Assembly (NCBI GenBank): GCA_044226015.1
Contig: JBGAHS010000012.1
Span: forward strand, 41,009-105,008
Direction: 5' to 3'
Length of the DNA: 64,000 nucleotides
Source: Candidatus Obscuribacteraceae bacterium
GTDB taxonomy: Bacteria > Cyanobacteriota > Vampirovibrionia > Obscuribacterales > Obscuribacteraceae
Positions 1-8,728 of this stretch are shown piece after piece. The position numbers were made by a program, and so were the translations under genes. Within the stretch, counting starts at the first letter, position 1, and every line of letters starts with the position of its first letter. A model generated the notes under the pieces. It was given only the letters and a program-made list of their open reading frames with translations. It had not been told where the DNA came from and searched no databases.

Positions 1-227
1 ACTTTTGGAGGTTCTAGCTTTTGTGGTTCTACCTTAGGTGGGTCAATTCTGAGTTGGGGCAATCCCTCAACTTGTTTTGGTGGGTCTTTCTTCTCGAAAG
101 GTGAGTTGCGAAGATGTGGGTAGTCCTGCGGTGTTGCTACAGCGTTACAGACACTGTCGCCAATGCCCATTTGCTTTGCATAAGCGCAGAGCGCATCATC
201 TTTCTTTGACTCAAAATTCTCGCCCAT
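1..227 (-). CDS. Hypothetical protein, 5' part only (runs off the left edge)
   Basis: ATG at 227 opens a stop-free frame to the window edge (MGENFESKKDDALCAYAKQMG...DPPKVEPQKLEPPK). Not in the ORF track because its stop lies outside the window. Confidence 0.5.
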   Translation of the reverse strand, partial: MGENFESKKDDALCAYAKQMGIGDSVCNAVATPQDYPHLRNSPFEKKDPPKQVEGLPQLRIDPPKVEPQKLEPPK

Positions 228-381
228 GAAATTTTTCCAATAAACCCGATAAGCTAACAATAATAGGTATTGGCTTGAACGGAAATGCGGAAATCACCTT
301 AGAGAAATGCACAATTATGCAGCTGCATTTCCTGAAGAATAAAGGAATGGCGCCACTCCAATTTTCATTCGGTTTTCATGC

Positions 382-1647
382 TTGTTTCATATACTCAGAT
401 TCTCCTGCTGGCGGCAGATAGACGATAACGAGATAAATACAGTGATAAGTAATCCAAAAATATTTGAAAGCAACCCTCTGTGGGGAATAGACTGGCAAAA
501 TGTTCGTCAGCAATGGTCATTAGACTACTCGATTTTTCAATTCAGTCATGGGGCGTATGGAGCTTGCCCTGATCTGGTGTATCAAAAGCAAAAGCGTATG
601 CTTGATCACATACAGAAAAATCCGACTGGGTTCTTTCGCCGAGAGTTGCTACCACTACTAGAGTCAGCACGATTACAGGTTGCGGAGTATTGTGGCGCGA
701 ATCCGAACAATCTGGCTTGGGTGAGAAACGCGACTGATGGCATGACAGTTGCAATAAATGCACTTTCGGTCGACGCAAACGATGAGCTGCTCATCACAGA
801 TCACATCTACGAGTCTGTTCGCGTAGCAGTTCAGCGCTCTAGCAAACAAACAGGAGTTCGAATTGTAGAGGCAAAAGTTCCGCTTACTTCAAGTGATGAT
901 GAGCTAATTGCAGCTATTGAGTCAAAGCTAAGTTGCCGCACGAAGGCCGTCATCATCGATGAAATCGCTTCACCTACTGGGCGCATTTTTCCTGTATCTA
1001 GAATCGCTGAAATAACTAAATCTCGAAGAATTCCGCTCTTGGTGGATGCTGCCCATGCACCAGGTATGCTGCTGCTCGATGTGGAAAACTGTGGAGCCGA
1101 CATCTGGGTTGGAAACTTTCATAAATGGGTTTGTGCTCCTCACGTTGCAGGAGTTCTGTGGGCGAGCCCTGAATGGCACGATAGATTGCTTCCTCTGAGT
1201 GCCAGCTTTAGAGAGCCTTTGTCTTACCCACACAATTTTGGAAGACTGGGTACAGACGATTTAACTCCCGCTATTCATGTTCCAGATGCAATCGAATTCT
1301 TGAATAATCTCGGCGCTGAGAAGGTGCGAAATTACAGTTGTGAACTGGCTCTGTACGGTGCAAAAGTTATCGCTGAGGCTTTGAAGACAGAGCCTGTGCC
1401 AGGCAGGTTTGCTGCGCGAACCCCAATTGCATTGCCTGCAGGCGTTGCGAATACCGATGAAATCGCATACGCAATGCAAGCTGAAATAGCGACCGAACTT
1501 GCGGCAGAACTCTCGGTGGCGGGTCCACTAAATAACGGATCAGCAGGCTACATTCTCATCTCGGCTTTTGCCTATAATCATCCCGATGAATATCACTTAT
1601 TTGCCGAACGATTAGTGGCTTGGCTGAAGTCAAAATCACTAATCTAG
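382..1647 (+). CDS. PLP-dependent class V aminotransferase-fold enzyme (isopenicillin-N epimerase / C-S lyase-like)
   Basis: HGAYGACP, NATDG, VDAAHAPG and GNFHKW (PLP lysine) motifs. The true start may be the GTG near 442. Confidence 0.85.
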   Translation: MFHILRFSCWRQIDDNEINTVISNPKIFESNPLWGIDWQNVRQQWSLDYSIFQFSHGAYGACPDLVYQKQKRMLDHIQKNPTGFFRRELLPLLESARLQVAEYCGANPNNLAWVRNATDGMTVAINALSVDANDELLITDHIYESVRVAVQRSSKQTGVRIVEAKVPLTSSDDELIAAIESKLSCRTKAVIIDEIASPTGRIFPVSRIAEITKSRRIPLLVDAAHAPGMLLLDVENCGADIWVGNFHKWVCAPHVAGVLWASPEWHDRLLPLSASFREPLSYPHNFGRLGTDDLTPAIHVPDAIEFLNNLGAEKVRNYSCELALYGAKVIAEALKTEPVPGRFAARTPIALPAGVANTDEIAYAMQAEIATELAAELSVAGPLNNGSAGYILISAFAYNHPDEYHLFAERLVAWLKSKSLI

Positions 1648-1772
1648 CTGTGGAGAAATCGTGCGATGTGTTTTGATTGCTTGCTGAAGTTTGGGCTCTT
1701 TGGCTGTGCATAGACCAATCCATAATCAAAGAATCCTGTAGAAGGATCCCGCTGGCAATGCGTTGGGCGATA

Positions 1773-2957
1773 CTACTTGTTGAGAATGCTCTGAAATTTC
1801 TTTTCGGAGCTGAGTTTCTCTGCTATGACAGGGAAGAGTTTTACTCCGCCATAAGCGTTGAGGTGCACTGTGTCTAGATAATCTGTAGGCTGGAAAAGCC
1901 CACTATCGCTGAGGTCGAACCATTCAGCATTGTTTTGTTTGCATGTTTTGGAAACATCTGCGCGAAACTTCGTCCAGAATTTTTCAGGAAGCAATTTCCT
2001 GTTTTCTGGCGTGGTTGGCATAGCCACTACCATGACGGTGATGCCTTGTTTGTTGAGATTGCTCAACCATTGTTGAAAGAACTGCATTTCAGCTGCGTAG
2101 GAAGAGCTTGCAGGGTCTCTGAAGCGTTCTTTGTACTCGGCTGTATTATCTACGCGTGAGGGAACTGCTCTAGCTGGCACCATCGAAGTGCCTGGTTCTA
2201 CGCGCGAGATTGAGGTGCTTTCGTATTCAGCTTTGCTAGGCTCAGCATATTTGTTTAAGGACAGTTTGCTGGCTGTCTTAATAGGTAACTTTTCTATTTC
2301 AGCACCTAATCGTGAAAAGAAATCAGGGTAAGCTTTGGCATCATCTTTGGCCACATCAAGAAATCTGGAGAAGAACTTGTAGTGGTCTGTTGACGCTGGG
2401 CAAGGCAATGTGTTGTCGATAAAATCTCTCGGTGCGATAGTGGCAATAACTAGCTTTGGCTTTTTCGTGTTTGTGAAAAGAGCTTTGCTAATAACATAAG
2501 AGTCTGAAATCATTTGCCCGGGGCTTCCGAGGCTGAATATGGAAACATCATGCCCCAGCCGCTGTTTCAGCTGGCTTCCGAGGAAGGACATTTGTCTATG
2601 TGCCAGCACATCAAGCAACTTTGATTCGAAGTTAGCGTCAGCCGAGATATGTGCGGAACCCAAAAGCGAACTTCCGAATACCACCACATCTGGTGCTGCT
2701 GGAAGCTCCTGATAATATCTGGCGAGCCACCAGGCCCAACTGTGACTCTGCTTGATATTGTTGGCTTGCTCTTCAGCTGCTTGCTGCAAAACTTCGGGGA
2801 TTTGACGAGGCTCAGTTTTGGAGTTTGAAATCGCCCAATTTATGCCAGCAAAAAAAACTAGAGCTGCAAAAAATGCTGTGCTGAAAAAGGCTGCAGAGTA
2901 CTTTCTGCTGTTTACTGCAATCTTCTCATTTTCTGTTTGTGGCTTAAGAGTTTGCAT
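1773..2957 (-). CDS. Membrane-anchored SGNH-like protein (DUF1574/DltD-like), paralogue 3
   Basis: N-terminal TM helix, VFGSS nucleophile motif, PGQMISD, PRDF and the C-terminal YLDTVHLNAYG (DxxH). Confidence 0.75.
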   Translation of the reverse strand: MQTLKPQTENEKIAVNSRKYSAAFFSTAFFAALVFFAGINWAISNSKTEPRQIPEVLQQAAEEQANNIKQSHSWAWWLARYYQELPAAPDVVVFGSSLLGSAHISADANFESKLLDVLAHRQMSFLGSQLKQRLGHDVSIFSLGSPGQMISDSYVISKALFTNTKKPKLVIATIAPRDFIDNTLPCPASTDHYKFFSRFLDVAKDDAKAYPDFFSRLGAEIEKLPIKTASKLSLNKYAEPSKAEYESTSISRVEPGTSMVPARAVPSRVDNTAEYKERFRDPASSSYAAEMQFFQQWLSNLNKQGITVMVVAMPTTPENRKLLPEKFWTKFRADVSKTCKQNNAEWFDLSDSGLFQPTDYLDTVHLNAYGGVKLFPVIAEKLSSEKKFQSILNK

Positions 2958-2966
2958 TCCGCTTCC

Positions 2967-4274
2967 TTAGAAAGTTGGTACTACGGGGCGAGATGCAATG
3001 TCTTTCTGTTTGGCAAAATGCTGTCCAGACATCTCTACGATGGCGCTAACGCGCGGGTCTATCTTCATATAGTTAGTTAGACGGTCCAAGAATTTCTGTC
3101 CACCAAATGCGTTCAAATGAACGGTGTCATGGTATTCCTTGCGGGTGAATGCGCTGAAATCGTTTGTGTCATAAACGGCAATGCGATTTCGAATTCCGAA
3201 CTCTCTTAGCTGCTGCAGATAACCGATGTAACCGCCTGGTTTCAGCAAAGCGATGTTTTCCAGGCTGATAGGCATGTTTACGACTATGAATTCGATGCGT
3301 TCTTTACGGCAGAATTCGGCAATCTTACTCAGGAAGAACATCTGTGTGTTGAATGTATGTTTGTCTGGGTTTTTGTACCGTTGCTTGTATTCAACAGTAT
3401 TGTCTGTATACTTCGCTTCTGCAGTTGCGCGGTCTATCGGACCAGCCATCACAGCTTCTGGGTGAATTTCTGCCGGCAGATAATTTGGAAGCAGCTTCTG
3501 TCTGTCCCACCAGGTGAAGGGTGTCTTGCTCCACGGACGGGGGGCGAGCACAGCCAAAACATTTGACCAGGCACCGTCAAATGCTCCTCTAATGTCAACG
3601 CTGTGGTGATACAGATAAAGGTTACGCTGCATCAGCCAATCGACCTTGCTCCACGGAGAGCGAAATACTTTTGCTGCTACATCATCTATGTTGACTATGC
3701 GGGTGATGTACTTGAACGCATCGGTGTCACCAGGGGCGGTGAGTGTGCTGTCGATAAAGTCTCTTGGGGCCACACCATATATGACGATATCAGGACGGTT
3801 AGCGCTGGCTACCATGCCTTTCAGTGTGATGTAGGCATCAGATGGCATTTGTCCTGGTGCTGCCAGGCTGCAAGACTCAAATTCAGTGTTTGGGAAACTG
3901 CGTTTTAACGCGTCTTCCAGGTAAACAGAACGGTGATGATTTGTCAGGTCTAACCCTTTGTTCAAATAGTTGGCATCGCAGCCGGCCAGCGCACTTACCA
4001 TGGTTGAAGAGCCAAGTAAGGCGATATTACTTACGCGCGTTGTCTGACGCAATTCGTTGAATTGCCACCAGGCCCAGCCATGATAGTTGAAATGGTATGG
4101 GTCAAAGGGAAAAGGTGTGAAGAAGGTGCAGGCTGCATTCAAAACGGCAAAAATCGCTGCAGCAAGCAAAAATTTGCTGCGGAAACGATACTTCCTGGGT
4201 TCATGCTTCAGTTCAGGATGTTCGCTTTGATGAGCTGGCGTAGCGACAGCTTTATCTGGCGCCTGCACCGTCAT
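2967..4274 (-). CDS. Membrane-anchored SGNH-like protein (DUF1574/DltD-like), paralogue 2
   Basis: TM helix, LLGSS, PGQMPSDA, PRDF and YHDTVHLNAFG. Its start overlaps the upstream stop by 4 nt. Confidence 0.75.
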   Translation of the reverse strand: MTVQAPDKAVATPAHQSEHPELKHEPRKYRFRSKFLLAAAIFAVLNAACTFFTPFPFDPYHFNYHGWAWWQFNELRQTTRVSNIALLGSSTMVSALAGCDANYLNKGLDLTNHHRSVYLEDALKRSFPNTEFESCSLAAPGQMPSDAYITLKGMVASANRPDIVIYGVAPRDFIDSTLTAPGDTDAFKYITRIVNIDDVAAKVFRSPWSKVDWLMQRNLYLYHHSVDIRGAFDGAWSNVLAVLAPRPWSKTPFTWWDRQKLLPNYLPAEIHPEAVMAGPIDRATAEAKYTDNTVEYKQRYKNPDKHTFNTQMFFLSKIAEFCRKERIEFIVVNMPISLENIALLKPGGYIGYLQQLREFGIRNRIAVYDTNDFSAFTRKEYHDTVHLNAFGGQKFLDRLTNYMKIDPRVSAIVEMSGQHFAKQKDIASRPVVPTF

Positions 4275-5485
4275 AGGCGCTCTCCTCTTTCTGCTACCTG
4301 AGTATCAGCATGCTTGTTTTGCAGGGCTGAAAGAACTGATTGGTCGACGGCTAATTGATCCGTCAGCAAGTCAAACAATCTCTTGCCACCACCTGAATGC
4401 AGGTGTACTGTGTCACCAAAATCTTTCTGGCTGAATTCAGGACTCTTGGAAAAATCGACGAGACTGCATCCTTTCTCCTTGGCTAAGCTGATGACGCCAT
4501 TGCGATATGCGTTCCAGGCCTGGTCGCTGAGCAGGCTGCGATTGAGTTCGGTGATAGGCATAGTTACGACCACAACTTTGATGCCGCGCGCCTGTGCTGT
4601 CTCGATTGTCTCCTTGAAAAAACGCATCTGGGAATTGTATGTTTCCCATTTCATTTTCTTGTAGCGTTTCCTGTACTCATCTAAATTGTCCACGAAGTTG
4701 CCTTGCTGTTCGCCCGTCATCGGACGAAACCAGGCTTGTCCCTTCAAAATTTCAGTTGGATGGTAGTCGGGCATCAACGCTCTGCGCTCATCGAACGTTG
4801 CAGCTCTCTCTCCCAGGGGCACTGGCAGTGCTTCGTCGAGAACATTGCTAGCGAGTTTGTTAGCATTGTTTGCTATATCGACACGCTTGCCATAGAAGTA
4901 GCAAGCTTTGCCGAGAACAAAATCAAGCCGTTCTTGCCAGTCGGTCATTAACCTGGTGGCAAATGGCGTGACGTCACCAAATCGCGAAATGAAACGAAAA
5001 GGGTCAGTTGATGCTGGGCTAGGAAGCATGTTGTCGAGGAAGTCTCGAGGACCTACTCCGTAAACGATAACTTCTGGCTTTTTATCGCCTTTCAATAAAT
5101 TGTTGACGATCAAAAACGCATCGGATGGCATTTCGCCCGGCAGCGCAAATGTGAAGGTGCTGGTGTTTATACCAGCTTTCTTCTTCATTTCATTTTCGAA
5201 GTAGGCTGAATGATGGTGCTGGCTGCCATCAACCCGTTTGTTCAAGAAGTCGGCATCCACTCCATCCAGTGGTACAAGCATCAGAGAAGAACCGAGAAAT
5301 ACAAGTTCAGGGGCTTTCTTCTGTTCAAGAAAGTCCTTGATAGTCCATGCTGTCCAACTCAAAAACGGAAAGTCTTCCGGTTTTGCGCTGGCAAACTGCA
5401 GGTACCCTGCGCCTGCAGCCAGCATTGAGAATGCCAGCAATGCTGCGGCAAATCTCGTTTTAACTAGTCCCTGTAGAGCTCCCAT
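4271..5485 (-). CDS. Membrane-anchored SGNH-like protein (DUF1574/DltD-like), paralogue 1
   Basis: TM/signal segment, FLGSS, PGEMPSDA, PRDF and FGDTVHLHSGG. Confidence 0.75.
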   Translation of the reverse strand: MGALQGLVKTRFAAALLAFSMLAAGAGYLQFASAKPEDFPFLSWTAWTIKDFLEQKKAPELVFLGSSLMLVPLDGVDADFLNKRVDGSQHHHSAYFENEMKKKAGINTSTFTFALPGEMPSDAFLIVNNLLKGDKKPEVIVYGVGPRDFLDNMLPSPASTDPFRFISRFGDVTPFATRLMTDWQERLDFVLGKACYFYGKRVDIANNANKLASNVLDEALPVPLGERAATFDERRALMPDYHPTEILKGQAWFRPMTGEQQGNFVDNLDEYRKRYKKMKWETYNSQMRFFKETIETAQARGIKVVVVTMPITELNRSLLSDQAWNAYRNGVISLAKEKGCSLVDFSKSPEFSQKDFGDTVHLHSGGGKRLFDLLTDQLAVDQSVLSALQNKHADTQVAERGERL

Positions 5486-5548
5486 TTTTATGGTGCCTCG
5501 TTTCCTTGATTCCTGTATTTCTAGTTTTCGACTGTTGCCAGCCTCACT

Positions 5549-7006
5549 CTAGAACTGGAAGTAGATGAACTTCGGTGATGTATCAGGGCTGAAGATGGTC
5601 AAAATGCAAAGCATTGCAACCATTACGCCGACTTGCACCGGCCATGGTGGATTGAGGTAGAACTTCTTGTCATTGAGCCAATTCACAACAACGTGAGCAA
5701 TCATCAACAGTGGAATCAATACAAGAATTGAAGGGAAGATGATCGGGTCGCGAATCTGGAGAATGGTCAGTTGCGACATACTGAAGTTCATTAATGCCTG
5801 TGGTACTTCAGCGAGTTTGCTCAGAACCTGCATTGCATTTTGTTCTGTTTCAGCGCGGAACAGTACCCAGCCAACACACACAAAGTGGAATGTGACGATT
5901 ACGGAAAGCACATGATAGAGCTTCGATTTGACGAGCTTCTGGTGCACGCCGAGCTTTTCCATTGTCTCAACATACATTTTGTGAGCAATTAGAAGAAGTC
6001 CTTGATAGACGCCCCAGAGCAAGTAGTGGTTAGCAGCTCCGTGCCAGAGTCCGCCAAGTGCCATGGTTATGAAAAGGTTTCTGTAAACCATGGCTTTGCT
6101 GCAGCGAGATCCACCTAATGGAATAAAGAGGTAGTCGCGCAGCCATGTGGACAAGCTGATGTGCCAACGGTGCCAGAAATCAGCTGCATTTGCTGCAAGA
6201 TATGGCAGATTGAAGTTGATTGGAACTTTGTAGCCAAACAAAAGAGCAGAACCGCGAGCTATATCTGTATAGCCTGCGAAGTCGAAGAAGATCTGAAAAG
6301 CGAATGCATATGTGATGAGCCACATATCTACAGAGCCGAATTTCTCTGGGTGCGAGAACCCTGCTTGCACTACGAGTGCGAGGTTGTCTGCAAGCAAGAC
6401 TTTCTTGCAGAGTCCCATGAGAATTAATTGCATTCCCTGATCAACATATTCCCATTTGAATTTGGCGGGAATATCGAGCTGAGGAATAAAGTCCTGATAG
6501 CGTTTGATAGGACCGGCAATCTGCGTCGGGAAGAATGACGCGAAAAGCGCAAAGTCCATGAATTTCTTGACTGCTGGTTTGCCTCTGTACACTTCAACTG
6601 CATAGTGGATGAACTCGAACACGAAGAAGGAAATGCCGAGTGGAAGAATGATATGCAGATGTGGTTCGTGCCAGTTTACGTGGAACAGGTTTAGACCTGT
6701 TTTGACACAATCCATACCGAAGTAGGCATATTTGAAGATGCCGAGTGTGATGAGATTGAGAGCCACTACGAGCCCCAGCCACCATTTCTTTTTGGATACG
6801 TCCTCTGATTTTGCAATCAAAGGCACCAGCAAAAAGTTGCCGAGGGTAAGACCGAAAATCAGCAGCCCGTATATTGGGCGCCAGGTCATGTAGAATATGT
6901 AGCTTGCCACCAAAAGTAGTGGCACTCTTAATCTGTGTGGGCAAAGCCAGAACAGCAAAAACACTGTTGGCAAGAACACAAGATATTGAAGGCTATTGAA
7001 AAGCAA
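5549..7006 (-). CDS. MBOAT family O-acyltransferase (AlgI/DltB-like)
   Basis: MLFNS start, LPLGISFFVF, DFAGYTDIARG, FWHRWHISLSTWLRDYLFIPLGG, GLWHGA (catalytic His) and the C-terminal FIYFQF. Confidence 0.95.
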   Translation of the reverse strand: MLFNSLQYLVFLPTVFLLFWLCPHRLRVPLLLVASYIFYMTWRPIYGLLIFGLTLGNFLLVPLIAKSEDVSKKKWWLGLVVALNLITLGIFKYAYFGMDCVKTGLNLFHVNWHEPHLHIILPLGISFFVFEFIHYAVEVYRGKPAVKKFMDFALFASFFPTQIAGPIKRYQDFIPQLDIPAKFKWEYVDQGMQLILMGLCKKVLLADNLALVVQAGFSHPEKFGSVDMWLITYAFAFQIFFDFAGYTDIARGSALLFGYKVPINFNLPYLAANAADFWHRWHISLSTWLRDYLFIPLGGSRCSKAMVYRNLFITMALGGLWHGAANHYLLWGVYQGLLLIAHKMYVETMEKLGVHQKLVKSKLYHVLSVIVTFHFVCVGWVLFRAETEQNAMQVLSKLAEVPQALMNFSMSQLTILQIRDPIIFPSILVLIPLLMIAHVVVNWLNDKKFYLNPPWPVQVGVMVAMLCILTIFSPDTSPKFIYFQF

Positions 7007-7339
7007 ACCAAGCTCTCCTTCTTCTTAGGATCACGTTGACAGTAGTTTGGAGTAAAACCCCGAAAGTGTCATTAGACGCCGCAAACGAAGTTGCCATTTG
7101 GCGACTGGCAAATCATAGTCGGTGGATTTCAAGTATGTCCATATGCCCACACTTGTCTTAACTTAAGAATGTTCTTCGGTAGCTTGAATGCTCCTTATGA
7201 CAAGCTTTTGCAAGGATGTATATGCATCAGGCTTCGACATAAATCGCTGTTCAAAAATTAACTCAATTAAAGCTTGTTCCTTTCTTTTGACATCTTCTGT
7301 GTGACATTAATTCGAGACTGAATTCTTCTAAATGATTAT

Positions 7340-7465
7340 GTCTGTCCAATAAAACTCTTTGCTTGATTCGCGGAGGATATCTGACATATTTGTGCGAAAT
7401 ATCTGCAGAATTGGTGATATCTCAATTCTGCGTGCTGGGCAAGAACTCAAACTGCCAACCGCGGA
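7340..7465 (+). pseudogene. Possible degraded LysM-domain fragment in a ~1-kb gene-poor gap
   Basis: Translation RRISDIFVRN...IGDISILRAGQELKLPT resembles the C-terminal half of a LysM motif. No intact gene around it. Confidence 0.3.
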
Positions 7466-7881
7466 GATGATTGTCCTTCAGAGTCGGCAGTTTCGTCCAT
7501 TGCAGGTCAGTGGTCGGGCGATCGCATCCCTACAAGAAACACGAATGCGCATAAGCTTCTCGATGGATCTATCGCGCATATGAGTGAATTCTCGATACCA
7601 TATGCGATATCACAGTTTCCTGTGATAAATGAGCTGCGCTACGCTAGTGATTCGCATAAGCGAATTACTTTTGGACGGCTGCTCAAAAATGCCATCATTC
7701 TCCAAACGATGGGAGTCAAGCGCGGACGCTACAAAATTGATAACCCCGCTCCTGTTTTAGAACATGCTGAGGATAAGCTTGCCAGCAATTCAATCTAGTT
7801 GCTCAGTTAGTGGACTTTTTGCCATCCCATGTTTTATAAAGTCCATAATTGATACGTGCAGAAATATCAACACTAAATAGT

Positions 7882-7916
7882 GCATTGAGCTGAGGGCTAT
7901 GCACCACGCTCAATGC
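7882..7916. terminator. Inverted repeat downstream of rpaA, possible terminator
   Basis: GCATTGAGC...GCTCAATGC perfect 9-bp arms about 55 nt past the rpaA stop. No strong U-tract. Confidence 0.3.
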
Positions 7917-7969
7917 GGTCTGCTAACTGAAGACTTCACTCCAAATCGTAGGCTGCTTGCTGAAACGCG

Positions 7970-8692
7970 CTAATTCAAATCGCCGGGCTGCTTGCTGAAA
8001 CCTTCTGGAACAAGTTGGTAGCCGCCACCATATACGGTTCTGATGTATTTGCGATCACCAGATTCTAATCGGGTGCGCAAATGGCGAATATGTACGCGAA
8101 TTGTGTCTACATCATCATCCGGAGAATAGCCCCAGACTTCCTCGAGTAGTTTGCCAGTAGATACTGTTTGTCCATGGTGTTGCATCAAGCAATGCAGTAT
8201 TTCAAACTCAGTCGGAGTTAGTTTGACAACGCGCTCTTTCACCTTAGCCTGAAGATTCTCGGGCACCAGAGTGATTTCACCCGCGGTGAGTATTTCGGGT
8301 AGAGACGCCGACTGCGGAACAGAACCTGCTCTTCTAAGCAGTGCGCGCACTCTTACCTGCAGTTCTGGAATTTCGAACGGCTTTGGAAGATAGTCATCAG
8401 CACCAGAGTCAAAACCTTTGACTTTGTCTTTAATCATTGTAAGTGCAGTCAACATCAAAACAGGAATGCCGGCTGTGGCAGCATTCTGTCTCAGTCTCTG
8501 ACAAACAGTGAACCCGTCGAGGTCTGGCATCATTACGTCAAGCACGATGAGGTCTGGACGATTTTGCTGCGCAAGTGCCAGTCCTTTCATTCCATCATTA
8601 GCAGTAGTAACTTGGTGTCCGAGCAAGTCAAGATTTACCTTGATAAGCTCTGCGATGGCTATGTCATCGTCGATTACCAGAATTCTGGCCAA
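7970..8692 (-). CDS. rpaA: OmpR-family response regulator, RpaA orthologue
   Basis: [67 protein letters not shown] and [10 protein letters not shown] match the cyanobacterial RpaA signature as I recall it. Confidence 0.85.
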   Translation of the reverse strand: MARILVIDDDIAIAELIKVNLDLLGHQVTTANDGMKGLALAQQNRPDLIVLDVMMPDLDGFTVCQRLRQNAATAGIPVLMLTALTMIKDKVKGFDSGADDYLPKPFEIPELQVRVRALLRRAGSVPQSASLPEILTAGEITLVPENLQAKVKERVVKLTPTEFEILHCLMQHHGQTVSTGKLLEEVWGYSPDDDVDTIRVHIRHLRTRLESGDRKYIRTVYGGGYQLVPEGFSKQPGDLN

Positions 8693-8728
8693 AGGTTGTC
8701 TCCTGTGTGTGTACTGAACCTGGAGGGG

